NCBI GenBank assembly: GCA_030626475.1
Contig: DAOUOW010000002.1
Location: forward strand, 454 to 64,453
Origin: Chloroflexota bacterium
GTDB taxonomy: Bacteria; Chloroflexota; Dehalococcoidia; E44-bin15
Length of the DNA stretch: 64,000 nt
Direction: 5' to 3'
Position numbers and translations under genes: made by a program. Numbering within the stretch: position 1 is the stretch's first letter; each line of letters starts with the position of its first letter. This document shows, in pieces, positions 42,088 to 51,737 of the stretch. Below the pieces are notes generated by a model. That model searched no databases and was not told the DNA's origin. It saw only the letters and a list, made by a program, of their open reading frames with translations.

Positions 42088-43205
42088 TGCTGAAAGTGCT
42101 TGTTTTTGGTGGGGCTGGTTTTATCGGCTCTCACACTGTTGATTTACTTCTAAACAAAGGGTACGAAGTTAGGATTCTCGATTCGCTCGAGTCGCCGGTG
42201 CATCAGGATGGCGCCATTCCTTCATATATCCCGAAGGAGGTTGAGTTTATCTCCGCAGATGTTCGAGACCGCCAGGCGGTAGCGCGAGCGCTGGAGGGCG
42301 TAGATATCGTATTCCAACTTGCCGCATACCAGGATTACCTCCCCGACTTCAGCAAGTTCTTCCATGTCAACTCAGTTGGCACTGCGCTCATTTATGAGCT
42401 CATCGTGGAGAAGAGATACAAGGTGCAAAAGGTGATCTTGGGCAGCTCGCAGGCAGTCTACGGTGAGGGGAAGTATAAATGTCCGTTTCATGGCATTCAA
42501 TATCCTGGGCAAAGGCCGATGGCTCAATTACTTGAACGCGATTGGGAGTTCAGGTGTTCGGTTTGCGGCGGAGAAATGTCTCTCCTGCCCACGGATGAGG
42601 CGGTGGTGAATCCTCACAACCCCTATGCCATAAGCAAGTATAGCCAGGAGATGATCGCCCTCAATCTGGGAAAGCGCTATGGAATACCAACTGTGTGCTT
42701 ACGCTACAGCATTACCCAGGGCCCTCGCCAGAGCTTCAGCAATGCTTATAGCGGTATCTGCCGTAACTTCACCACCCGGCTGTTAACCAATAAGCGCCCT
42801 ATCGTATATGAAGATGGGAAGCAATTACGAGATTATGTCTATGTGGCAGATGTAGCGTTGGCAAATATATTGGCGCTGGAAGAGCCTAGAGCGGATTATG
42901 AAGTATTCAATGTCGGTGGGGACAATATCATTAGCGTTTTGGAATACGCTTATTTGATTGCCGAGAAGATGGGTAAAAGTATCGAGCCCCTGGTCCCAGG
43001 AGCATTCCGCTTTGGTGATACGCGGCACGTTGTTTCAGACGCAGGCCGAATCCAGACCCTGGGTTGGAAAGCGACAACGCCTCTGGAGAAGATCGTGGAG
43101 GATTACATCGCCTGGGTCAGTGAGCAACCAGATATAAAGGACTATTATGCCGAAGCAGAGAAGGTGATGGAACGAGTGGGGATCATCGTGAAGGTCCCCA
43201 AATAA
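42087..43205 (+). CDS. NAD-dependent sugar epimerase/dehydratase (extended SDR) with a Cys/His insertion
   Basis: GGAGFIGSH and a YxxxK motif (PYAISKY). A ~40-aa insert, KCPFHG...RCSVCGG, lies between them. Confidence 0.8.
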   Translation: MLKVLVFGGAGFIGSHTVDLLLNKGYEVRILDSLESPVHQDGAIPSYIPKEVEFISADVRDRQAVARALEGVDIVFQLAAYQDYLPDFSKFFHVNSVGTALIYELIVEKRYKVQKVILGSSQAVYGEGKYKCPFHGIQYPGQRPMAQLLERDWEFRCSVCGGEMSLLPTDEAVVNPHNPYAISKYSQEMIALNLGKRYGIPTVCLRYSITQGPRQSFSNAYSGICRNFTTRLLTNKRPIVYEDGKQLRDYVYVADVALANILALEEPRADYEVFNVGGDNIISVLEYAYLIAEKMGKSIEPLVPGAFRFGDTRHVVSDAGRIQTLGWKATTPLEKIVEDYIAWVSEQPDIKDYYAEAEKVMERVGIIVKVPK

Positions 43206-43220
43206 GGTGGGGGGGTCACT

Positions 43221-44204
43221 ATGATAATAACCCAGACCCCGCTGAGGATAAGCTTTGTTGGCGGTGGCACCGATTTGCCCTCCTTCTACCGCCTTGAGGG
43301 CGGCGCTGTGGTTAGCACCACCATCGATAAATATGTTTATGTCATAGCCAAGGAAAGGTTTGATGACCAGATTCGAGTGGGTTACACCCAGACCGAGATC
43401 ACGGGCTCTATCGATGAAGTCAAGCATGACCTGGTGCGCGAGGCATTGCGAAAGACAGGGGTCAATGATGGTCTGGAGATTGTCACTGTTGGTGATATCC
43501 CATCTGAGGGCACAGGGCTTGGCTCGTCAAGCTCGGTAACCGTCGGTCTTTTAAATGCCCTCTATCAGTATCGGGGAGAGCCCAAGGAGCCAAGGACGCT
43601 AGCTGAGCTGGCTTGTGACATCGAAATCAAAGTCCTGGGCAAGCCCATTGGCAAGCAGGACCAGTATATTGCCGCCCTGGGGGGATTGAGGAAAACCGTG
43701 TTTCATCCTGATGAGGAGGTATCAAGCGAGCCGATTAATATCCCTGAAAAAACGCTCCGCGCCCTCAGCCGCAGCCTGCTCCTGTTCTACACCGGCGTCA
43801 CCCGTAGTGCTGACCCCATCCTCAAAGAGCAGCAGGCAAATACCTCCCGCAGGATGGAAACGCTGCGTCGGATGAAGGAGATGGCAAATGAACTGGAGCA
43901 GGAGCTGATAAACGGAAATATCGAAGCACTGGGCGAGATGCTGCATCGCGGCTGGTGTTATAAGAGGGAACTTGCCAGCGGTATCACCAACCCTACTATA
44001 GACGAGGTTTATGAGGCGGCACGCAGAGGAGGGGCGATGGGAGGCAAAATCACCGGCGCCGGAGGTGGGGGATTCCTGCTCCTCTATGCTCCGGTCGATC
44101 TTCAAGAGAGGGTGAGGAGAGCCATTGATGGGCTTCGCGAAGTGCCCTTCAGCCTGGAGCGGGATGGAACCAAGACATTGCTCAATGCTCGACGGCCAGT
44201 GTAG
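43221..44204 (+). CDS. hddA: GHMP-family kinase, D-glycero-alpha-D-manno-heptose 7-phosphate kinase-like
   Basis: The N-terminus MIITQTPLRISFVGGGTDLPSFY is characteristic of HddA-type kinases. The GHMP motif is PSEGTGLGSSSSVTVG. It is flanked by gmhB and gmhA. Confidence 0.75.
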   Translation: MIITQTPLRISFVGGGTDLPSFYRLEGGAVVSTTIDKYVYVIAKERFDDQIRVGYTQTEITGSIDEVKHDLVREALRKTGVNDGLEIVTVGDIPSEGTGLGSSSSVTVGLLNALYQYRGEPKEPRTLAELACDIEIKVLGKPIGKQDQYIAALGGLRKTVFHPDEEVSSEPINIPEKTLRALSRSLLLFYTGVTRSADPILKEQQANTSRRMETLRRMKEMANELEQELINGNIEALGEMLHRGWCYKRELASGITNPTIDEVYEAARRGGAMGGKITGAGGGGFLLLYAPVDLQERVRRAIDGLREVPFSLERDGTKTLLNARRPV

Positions 44205-44219
44205 GGGTTAGGAGGGGAG

Positions 44220-44840
44220 ATGAACAGTTTCATAGGGTATATCGACCATGTCGCTGTTCTCCTCGGAGAGCTTAAGCGGCAGGAGGGGATTGTGCTCCAG
44301 CTTGTGGATGAAATAGTGAGCAGAGCCACTCAGAGCAAGCAGGTTATTGTCTTCGGCAATGGGGGCAGCGCCGCCACTGCTAGCCACTTCGTCTGCGACA
44401 TAGCTAAAGGAACCATCACCCCAGGCTGTCCCAGGGTAAGGGCACTTTGCCTAACTGATAATACCTCATTAGTTACCGCCTGGGCCAACGATGAGTCCTA
44501 TGATTCCATCTTCGCTGAGCAGCTCAAGGGCTGCCTTGATCACGATGACCTTGTGGTGGCGATAAGTGGCAGCGGGAACTCTCCCAATGTGCTCCGGGCG
44601 GTTGAAGCGGCAAAGGAGGGCGGAGCTACCTGTTTCGGCCTATGTGGCTTTGATGGCGGGCAGCTTGCCCGACTGGCTCACTATGCCGTTGTCATCCCGG
44701 CGGAGAATATCCAGCAAGTGGAAGATATCCACCTTCTTATCCTTCACTCGGTCTCCCTTTTGGTTAAGGAGAGACTTGAGGAGTGGCAGAAGGCGAAGGT
44801 CTTGGTCATGGCTTCTGTAAATAGCAGAGGGAGAAGATGA
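44220..44840 (+). CDS. gmhA: Sedoheptulose-7-phosphate isomerase (SIS domain)
   Basis: VFGNGGSAATASHFVCD...VVAISGSGNSPNVLRAVEAAKEGG...EDIHLLILH. Confidence 0.85.
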   Translation: MNSFIGYIDHVAVLLGELKRQEGIVLQLVDEIVSRATQSKQVIVFGNGGSAATASHFVCDIAKGTITPGCPRVRALCLTDNTSLVTAWANDESYDSIFAEQLKGCLDHDDLVVAISGSGNSPNVLRAVEAAKEGGATCFGLCGFDGGQLARLAHYAVVIPAENIQQVEDIHLLILHSVSLLVKERLEEWQKAKVLVMASVNSRGRR

Positions 44841-45577
44841 AGTCGCGGGGAAAGGTTCTGATCGCCGTTCCAACCTATAACGAGGCAGATGTTATCGAAG
44901 ATAACATCAAAAGGCTGAGAGAGTTCTTGATCTCAAATCTGGATCATGACTATGAGATCGTGGTCGCCGATAATGCCTCTGCCGATAACACCGTTGCCAA
45001 GGTGATGACGCTGTCTGAAACATATAGCGAGGTCAAATGGATCCACTTAGACCAGAAAGGGAAAGGTGGCGCGATAAAGAAGGTTTGGTCTGAGAATGAT
45101 GCTGATATAGTCGTCCTGGTAGATGCTGATCTATCGCCAGATGTGAGTGCCTTTCCCCAATTAATCGCCGCCCTTGACGATGGCTATGATGTCGCTATCG
45201 GCTCCCGTTTCTTGAAGGGAAGTCAGGTGAAAAGGTCTTTCAAGCGCACGTTCCTGTCAAGGGGTTACAATCTTTTGCTCCGGCTTTTGTTCCGAGCACG
45301 GTTTTCAGATGCGCAATGTGGATTTAAGGCGATGAAGAAGAGAGCATTTTTGGAGCTTTTGCCTGCGATCAAGAACAATGAATGGTTTTTTGATACCGAG
45401 TTACTGATACGCTCCCAGAGGAGGGGGTTAAAGATTAAAGAGATACCCATTAACTGGGTGGAGCGCAGGGAAAGCAAAGAACAGCCACTGAAGGCGGTGT
45501 TCAATTATATCGTGCTCCTGCGCAGATTATACTTTGAGTTCAGGTTAAACGATCACCATGAAGGTGCTGGTAATTAG
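44837..45577 (+). CDS. GT2 glycosyltransferase, Dpm1/GtrB/CsbB-like polyprenyl-phosphate sugar synthase
   Basis: VLIAVPTYNEADVI, ADNASADNT, VLVDADLS and DAQCGFKAM. 246 aa, soluble-type. Confidence 0.8.
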   Translation: MKSRGKVLIAVPTYNEADVIEDNIKRLREFLISNLDHDYEIVVADNASADNTVAKVMTLSETYSEVKWIHLDQKGKGGAIKKVWSENDADIVVLVDADLSPDVSAFPQLIAALDDGYDVAIGSRFLKGSQVKRSFKRTFLSRGYNLLLRLLFRARFSDAQCGFKAMKKRAFLELLPAIKNNEWFFDTELLIRSQRRGLKIKEIPINWVERRESKEQPLKAVFNYIVLLRRLYFEFRLNDHHEGAGN

Positions 45578-46685
45578 CTGGCGGGATATAAACCATCCTG
45601 AGGCCGGTGGAGCCGAACTTTATCTCCATGAACTGACTAAGGGGCTCTGTAGTTCGGGACATGAGATTACATTATTAACCTCCCGATATAAGGGCTCTGC
45701 CGGGCAGGAGATAATCGACGGGGTTAAGGTGATCCGAAAGGGGAGCAAGTATATCTTCAATCTGGCTGTTTTTTGGACCTACTTAAGGGAGTTGCGAAGC
45801 AATGGCTATCAGATTGTGGTTGAGGATGTTTATTTGTTCCCATTGTTTACCCCCATTTTTGTTCATAAACCAAGAACGGTAGTAATAACCAATCACCTCT
45901 ATATGGGCAATTTTCTCGGGCAGGTGCCTTTGCCCTTTATACCCGTCGTTTGGCTTGGGGAGAAGGCTCTCCGACTTTACCACAAGCCACCGATGATAAC
46001 GCTGTCGGTAAGCACAAAAAAGGATCTCGTCGATATGGGCATACCTGAAGAGAACATAACAATCATAAATCCGGGCTTAGATTGCGAACTCTATAGACCG
46101 AATACACCACTAAAAACCAGATACCCATCGGTGGTTTATCTGGGCATGATCAAGAAAAAGAAAAACATAGACCATCTCATCAAGGCGATGGTCAGAGTAA
46201 AGGAAGTATTACCTGAGGCCAGGCTATTTATAGCAGGAAGAGGCTCACCCAGATTATACCGCAATCTCAAAGCACTGGCTGATAGGCTGAATCTGGACTC
46301 TTCGGTTGAATTTTATGGGGAAGTGACAGTGGAAGAGAAAATAAGGTTATTTCAGAGTGCCTGGGTCTCAGCACATCCTTCAGCCAAAGAGGGATGGGGA
46401 ATACCGGTGATCGAAGCCAATGCCTGTGGCACTCCCGCTGTCGCCTATGATGTCCCGGGGCACAGAGATTCAATAAGCAATGGAGAGACGGGCTTGCTCG
46501 TATCTTATGGTGATATCGGAGCGCTGGGCAGCGGAATGGTCAAGCTCCTGACAGATACAGAGTTGAGAGAAAAGCTGAGCCAGAATGCCGTGGCATGGGC
46601 TTCCAAATTCCGCTGGGATAAGAGCGCTGCCGACTTCTCGGCAATTCTACAGGGAGCAGGAGTCGAAGATGGGCCTAAAGAATAA
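45558..46685 (+). CDS. GT4 (GT-B) glycosyltransferase
   Basis: C-terminal EGWGIPVIEANACGTPAVAYDVPGHRDSI...GETGLLV (E-x7-E context). Confidence 0.85.
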   Translation: MKVLVISWRDINHPEAGGAELYLHELTKGLCSSGHEITLLTSRYKGSAGQEIIDGVKVIRKGSKYIFNLAVFWTYLRELRSNGYQIVVEDVYLFPLFTPIFVHKPRTVVITNHLYMGNFLGQVPLPFIPVVWLGEKALRLYHKPPMITLSVSTKKDLVDMGIPEENITIINPGLDCELYRPNTPLKTRYPSVVYLGMIKKKKNIDHLIKAMVRVKEVLPEARLFIAGRGSPRLYRNLKALADRLNLDSSVEFYGEVTVEEKIRLFQSAWVSAHPSAKEGWGIPVIEANACGTPAVAYDVPGHRDSISNGETGLLVSYGDIGALGSGMVKLLTDTELREKLSQNAVAWASKFRWDKSAADFSAILQGAGVEDGPKE

Positions 46686-47904
46686 AAACGTCCTCATAAC
46701 TGGGATAACCGGCTTTGTCGGTCCGTACCTGACGAGAGCGCTTCTAGCCAGGGGGGCGAACGTATTTGGCCTTGTCAGGAGGAGATCAGACGGCTCTAGG
46801 CCAAGAAACCTGGTGGATCGGGGGGTCTATGACGAGGTGAGGTTAATCGAGGGTGACATCACAGATATCGCCAGCATCGGGCTATGCTTGAGCCGATCCA
46901 AACCGGATGTAATCTTTCACCTCGCAGCCCAGTCTTTTGTTCCCGACTCTTTCCTCAACCCGCTGGAAGCCTTGGTGACCAACGCCACCGGGACGGCAAA
47001 CCTGCTTGAGGTAATCCGGTTACAGGGGCTCGACCCGGTGGTGGTCTTTGCCGGCTCTAGTGAGGAATATGGTTTAGCCTTCGCCTCGGAAAAGCACCAA
47101 CAGCAGGCGATGAAGAGGTATGGAGAGATTTTCCCCGAACCCGAGAGGATGCCGGAGCTGCCAATAAATGAGCACAATCCACTGCGCCCCATCTCTCCTT
47201 ATGCTGTGAGCAAAGTGCATGCCGACTATCTAATGAGAAGCTATCACTCGGTCTATGGACTGAAGACCATTGTCTCTCGGGCTTTCAATCACGAAGGTGC
47301 AGGCAGAGGCATAATCTTTGTCACCGCTGCAATCACCAGCCAGGTGATGAAATTGAAGCTCAGCGAGGGCGATAAAATCGTGGTCGGCAATGTGAACACC
47401 TTCAGAGACTGGTCCCACGTGACCGACATTGTGGAGGGGTATTGCCTCCTGGCGGAGAAGGGGAGGTATGGGGATATCTACGTGCTCGGCTCTACGAGGA
47501 CAAACTCGGTGCTGAGTTACATCCTGCTCAGCCTCGAGAATGCCGGCTGGGAGATAAAAGGGATTGAAAGCATGAAAAATGGCAAGAGGGTGGAGAACCC
47601 AACGGAAAAGGATGACTCCCCGATGTTCGGAATAAACTTCGAAAAAACCAAGGTCGACCGGGCAATGCTGGAGAAGGGGCTGGAATTCAATTTAGAGGAT
47701 AAGGGCATCTGGGTAGATACCGATCGAGGCCGGGTCCCCATAGTATTCGATCAGAATAGATACCGAAGAGCGGATGTTCCCATACTGCTCAGCGATCCGA
47801 CCAAGGTCAAAGGGATAGGGTTCGAGGTATCACATACCCTAGAAGACATAATCGGTGATCAGCTGAACTATTTCTTGAGCAGGGAAAATAGGAGCCTTAG
47901 TTGA
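46669..47904 (+). CDS. GDP-sugar 4,6-dehydratase-like extended SDR
   Basis: VLITGITGFVGPYL, HLAAQSFVPDSF and SPYAVSKVHADYL (YxxxK) resemble Gmd. There is an extra ~70-aa insertion near the C-terminus. I chose the ATG at 46669. Confidence 0.75.
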   Translation: MGLKNKNVLITGITGFVGPYLTRALLARGANVFGLVRRRSDGSRPRNLVDRGVYDEVRLIEGDITDIASIGLCLSRSKPDVIFHLAAQSFVPDSFLNPLEALVTNATGTANLLEVIRLQGLDPVVVFAGSSEEYGLAFASEKHQQQAMKRYGEIFPEPERMPELPINEHNPLRPISPYAVSKVHADYLMRSYHSVYGLKTIVSRAFNHEGAGRGIIFVTAAITSQVMKLKLSEGDKIVVGNVNTFRDWSHVTDIVEGYCLLAEKGRYGDIYVLGSTRTNSVLSYILLSLENAGWEIKGIESMKNGKRVENPTEKDDSPMFGINFEKTKVDRAMLEKGLEFNLEDKGIWVDTDRGRVPIVFDQNRYRRADVPILLSDPTKVKGIGFEVSHTLEDIIGDQLNYFLSRENRSLS

Positions 47905-47935
47905 AAGGGAAGTCACTCGATAGGGGAGGGTCTTT

Positions 47936-49177
47936 ATGCTGAGACGACTTATCCCAGGCAGTTTTGCTGTCTCTGAAAGGATACTTGGTAAGAGAACGCT
48001 ATTTGCCATGCTACTCAAAATGGCATGGGCTTATAAAAGGACTTTAATATATTCGCTGAAAAAGGGGAGGATTAAAGCTGCCATTAACTTTCTTTATATC
48101 AAAACTTTTGTTCCTGTTGGGGAAGGAGGAGGAGCAGCCGCGTTCTTCATCATAGGGCCATTGATTAAACGGTTTCCCCGTCTTGCCCCCTACCCACGTA
48201 ATATCGAAATCGAGGTTACCACAGTGTGCAATCGGAAATGCATAATATGTGAACACACTTATTGGAAGGAAAAAAGCAGACACCTTTCTCTTGAAGAGTT
48301 TAAACACATTGCTGATCAATTCCCTCGCTTGAGATGGGCCAACCTTACAGGCGAAGGTTCCGCTTTCCTCAATAAGGACTACCTAAGCATGATCAAATAC
48401 TTAAAGGCAAAAAGTATCCCGCTATTCCTTGTTGACCATTTTGATTCCATGGACGAGAAAATTGCCAAAGAACTAATACAAATTGGCGTAGATGGAATTT
48501 ATATATCAATGGATGGGGCCACTAAAGAAACCTATGAGAAAATACAGGTTGGCTGCGATTTTGATAGAGTGGTGAAGAATATCAAGAACTTCGTTGCGCT
48601 GAAGGAGGAGATGAAGTCTCCCATTCCTGAGCTTTGTTTTCGTTTTATAGTTACAACACTAAACGTTCATGAGATGCCCCAATTCGTGGAGCTGGTGAGT
48701 TCCTTTGGCGATAGAGATTCACTCGGTGATGGAAGCCATGTGGACTTCGCCGGTCTGCTGGAGTTTGCTGAAATTGCGCACCTAAAAGTGCCAGAGGTGC
48801 CAGAGGAAATCCTGCGAGACACGGTGACAGCAGGGGGAAAACACGGTGTCCTATTAACCTTTGCCCATACTCAACTACAGGAACTTCCCCCCTTGGAATC
48901 CTGTTTGGCCTGGATGGAGCCTTATATCATGATGGGGGGCTATGTGTTGCCTTGTTGTGCTGTGCTTATGTCCAATAAGCGTGAGTGGCTAAGGCAACAT
49001 AGCTTTGGAAATGTATTCGAGAAATCTTTTGAGGAAATCTGGTACTCCGAAAGGTATACAAGATTCAGGCAGATGGTGAACAAACCTCACGGCAAGGTGC
49101 CTTTGTTTTGCAAAGGGTGCAGAGGTTATAACACAGTTGAGAGGGAGCAGAGTTATGGGGTGGATATGGAATTATAG
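47936..49177 (+). CDS. Radical SAM protein with a Cys-rich (SPASM/twitch-like) C-terminal region
   Basis: CNRKCIICEH (CX3CX2C). C-terminal cysteines are LPCCAVLMS...CKGCRGY. Confidence 0.8.
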   Translation: MLRRLIPGSFAVSERILGKRTLFAMLLKMAWAYKRTLIYSLKKGRIKAAINFLYIKTFVPVGEGGGAAAFFIIGPLIKRFPRLAPYPRNIEIEVTTVCNRKCIICEHTYWKEKSRHLSLEEFKHIADQFPRLRWANLTGEGSAFLNKDYLSMIKYLKAKSIPLFLVDHFDSMDEKIAKELIQIGVDGIYISMDGATKETYEKIQVGCDFDRVVKNIKNFVALKEEMKSPIPELCFRFIVTTLNVHEMPQFVELVSSFGDRDSLGDGSHVDFAGLLEFAEIAHLKVPEVPEEILRDTVTAGGKHGVLLTFAHTQLQELPPLESCLAWMEPYIMMGGYVLPCCAVLMSNKREWLRQHSFGNVFEKSFEEIWYSERYTRFRQMVNKPHGKVPLFCKGCRGYNTVEREQSYGVDMEL

Positions 49178-49179
49178 AT

Positions 49180-49860
49180 ATGGGGGCAAAGGTGAAAAAT
49201 AGGCCCAGATTTTGTCCTCAAAGGAGCAGCTATCCTGAATGGTACGGTTATGTAAGCACTTTTTACTCCAGGAATGCCGTGGTCAAATATGCCCTGGTCA
49301 AGAGACTGGAAATAGCGCTGGAGCTCACTGATGAGTACCTCAGGGAGTCTGAAAGCATCTTAGACGTAGGTGCAGGGCCAGGTTTTTACTTCCCGGCAAT
49401 AGCTGAAAGATCTGCAGCACAGGTTGTCGATCTGGAGCTGCCACATTTGAAGGCAGTAAAACAAATGTGCCTGGGGGAGGACATTGACCATAGGTTCCAG
49501 TTAATACGGGGGGATGTCGGACATCTACCGTTTAAAGATGAAACCTTTGATTTGCTCTATTGTTTTAGCGTTTTTGAGCACATCCCTTTTCTCAGCGATG
49601 GATTGAAAGAACTGGGTAGAGTTCTGAAGCAATCCGGGGTTTTGCTCATCGGGATGCCCATCGAGACCTTGATGAGCAAGGCGGGAAGAAAGGTACTGGG
49701 GGTCGGCGGTCACAGAAAGGGTGAGGTGGTAAATTCTCATAGAGACATGGGGCAGGCTTTGACCGATTATTTCACCATTGAAAAATTTAGAAAGGTACCA
49801 GGCAATATAATGCCTGACTTTGTTTCCCTTTATGTGCTGTTTTTGTGTCGCAAAAAGTAG
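49180..49860 (+). CDS. Class I SAM-dependent methyltransferase
   Basis: Motif I ILDVGAGPGFY, followed by FDLLYCFSVFEHI and LKQSGVLLIG. Confidence 0.75.
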   Translation: MGAKVKNRPRFCPQRSSYPEWYGYVSTFYSRNAVVKYALVKRLEIALELTDEYLRESESILDVGAGPGFYFPAIAERSAAQVVDLELPHLKAVKQMCLGEDIDHRFQLIRGDVGHLPFKDETFDLLYCFSVFEHIPFLSDGLKELGRVLKQSGVLLIGMPIETLMSKAGRKVLGVGGHRKGEVVNSHRDMGQALTDYFTIEKFRKVPGNIMPDFVSLYVLFLCRKK

Positions 49861-49898
49861 TGTTCACAACATTGACGATATTACAAGGGGAGTGGAGC

Positions 49899-50933
49899 AT
49901 GGAATTGCCTTTAGTGAGCGTTGGCATCCCTACCTATAATGAGGAACGCACTATAGAGAGGTGCCTGGAGAGCATCTTCTCCCAGGACTATCCCCAGGAC
50001 AAGCTGGAAGTGATCATCATCGATGATGGCTCTTCAGATAGAACCCTGGAGATTTGTGCTCGCTATCCCGTCCGCATCATCTACCAAAATGGTTCAGAGG
50101 GAGCAATACAACGGCTTAAGGGGGCTAGCGGGGGCCCGGAGTCGGGTCGAAGGATAGGGGTGGAGATGGCTAATGGCGAATTTGTGGTGCTCTTCAGTGC
50201 TGACAATGAGCTGGCACAACGGGATTGGCTGTCTCAAATGGTAAAGCCGGTGCTGGAAGACCGGGAAATCGTAGGAGCACATGCTCCTGTTCTCGCTCCT
50301 AGAGAGGATTACGCAATTAATCGATACCTGGCCCTACTGCAAACGACGCCTTTGGAGTTCTACCTCATGTGGTGGCTGCGGCGACCCAAGGAGGTCATAG
50401 CTAAAGAGGGATATTCGCTGCAAGTATTCCAGGAGGATTCATTTTTGGCTATTGGAGGCAACGGCACCCTTTTCCGAAGGGACGCTGTTTTGAAGGTAGG
50501 CAATGTGCCTGCTAATGGGTCTGATATCGACCTTGTCTGCCGCCTGGTGAGGGATGGCTTCACCCAATATGCCTATGTCCCTGAAGCTAGGGTATATCAC
50601 TATTATGTTCGAAGCTATTGGGGCTTTATCCGAAAGTTGCGAGCAAAGGTGAGGTGGTTTTTGAAATATTCCCGAGAGTATCCCTGGCTGCCGCGCCGAA
50701 GAGGGGAATTATTTGAAATGCTGAAATGGCTCCTTTTCTGCTCCACCTTCATCGGCCCTCTAATCCATGCCTTTCGCCTCAGGAAGAAAGGGGACCCGGC
50801 CTGGCTTTACCATCCCCTTGCCTGCTTTACCGCGGTGGTGGTCTATGGGGCTTATTTCCTGACATCCAAGGAGGGGCTCAGTTCAGTGCTGAGAATGGTT
50901 CTGTCTATGAGCAAAGGTTACAAAGGAGGATGA
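49899..50933 (+). CDS. GT2 glycosyltransferase with C-terminal membrane segments
   Basis: VSVGIPTYNEERTI, IIIDDGSSDRT and hydrophobic C-terminal helices. I chose the ATG at 49899. Confidence 0.8.
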   Translation: MELPLVSVGIPTYNEERTIERCLESIFSQDYPQDKLEVIIIDDGSSDRTLEICARYPVRIIYQNGSEGAIQRLKGASGGPESGRRIGVEMANGEFVVLFSADNELAQRDWLSQMVKPVLEDREIVGAHAPVLAPREDYAINRYLALLQTTPLEFYLMWWLRRPKEVIAKEGYSLQVFQEDSFLAIGGNGTLFRRDAVLKVGNVPANGSDIDLVCRLVRDGFTQYAYVPEARVYHYYVRSYWGFIRKLRAKVRWFLKYSREYPWLPRRRGELFEMLKWLLFCSTFIGPLIHAFRLRKKGDPAWLYHPLACFTAVVVYGAYFLTSKEGLSSVLRMVLSMSKGYKGG

Positions 50934-51044
50934 GAGCAGAGCTGTGAAATCTGGGATATATTGCAAATTACCTTTCAACCAGGGTGATCTGAAAGTTCGT
51001 GCTTGTGGAACGCTGGAAAAGAAATAGATTAGAGGCCAGCCAAA

Positions 51045-51737
51045 ATGAGACGCCTTTTCTCAAGGGTGTTCGACATCTCAGACGGGCTGAATAGGAGCAA
51101 TTTTATTCATCTGCTGGAATATGACCCTTCAGCAAGATTGCTCGATTTGGGCTGTGGCGCGGGTGAATTCACTGCTAGATGTGCCCTGACAATAGGTACA
51201 AAGAACGTGTATGGCGTTGAGCTCGATGATGAATGTATAGGCAAAGCCGAAAGCAGGGGAATCAAATGTATAAGGGCTGATTTGAATGAAAGGCTGCCCA
51301 TAGATAGCAGTTGTTTCGATGTCATCATTTCGAATCAAGTGATAGAACATTTACTTAACTGCGATACTTTCATCGAGGAGATCCAGAGGATTTTGAAACC
51401 AGGTGGCTATGCAGTCATTTCCACCGAAAATATGTCTAGCTGGCACAACATCTTCGCTCTGGTGTTGGGATATCGCCCCTTTTCCCAGTTTTACAGCACT
51501 AAATTCTTCGGGAATCCACTATCCACTCATGATAAGGAAGAGGAATCTGAGCTTGGGACCCATATAAGGGTGTTCGCCTATAGACCGTTTAAGGATTTTT
51601 TTGAGCTTTATCGGTTTAAGGTGGAATCGCTATTAGGGGCGGGGTATTATCCCATGCCATCGAAGCCCCTGATGAGGCTAATGTCCAAGATGGACCCAAG
51701 GCATGCACATTTCATGACAATCAAGGTGAGAAAATGA
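51045..51737 (+). CDS. Class I SAM-dependent methyltransferase
   Basis: LLDLGCGAGEF, DVIISNQVIEHL and LKPGGYAVIST. Confidence 0.75.
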   Translation: MRRLFSRVFDISDGLNRSNFIHLLEYDPSARLLDLGCGAGEFTARCALTIGTKNVYGVELDDECIGKAESRGIKCIRADLNERLPIDSSCFDVIISNQVIEHLLNCDTFIEEIQRILKPGGYAVISTENMSSWHNIFALVLGYRPFSQFYSTKFFGNPLSTHDKEEESELGTHIRVFAYRPFKDFFELYRFKVESLLGAGYYPMPSKPLMRLMSKMDPRHAHFMTIKVRK

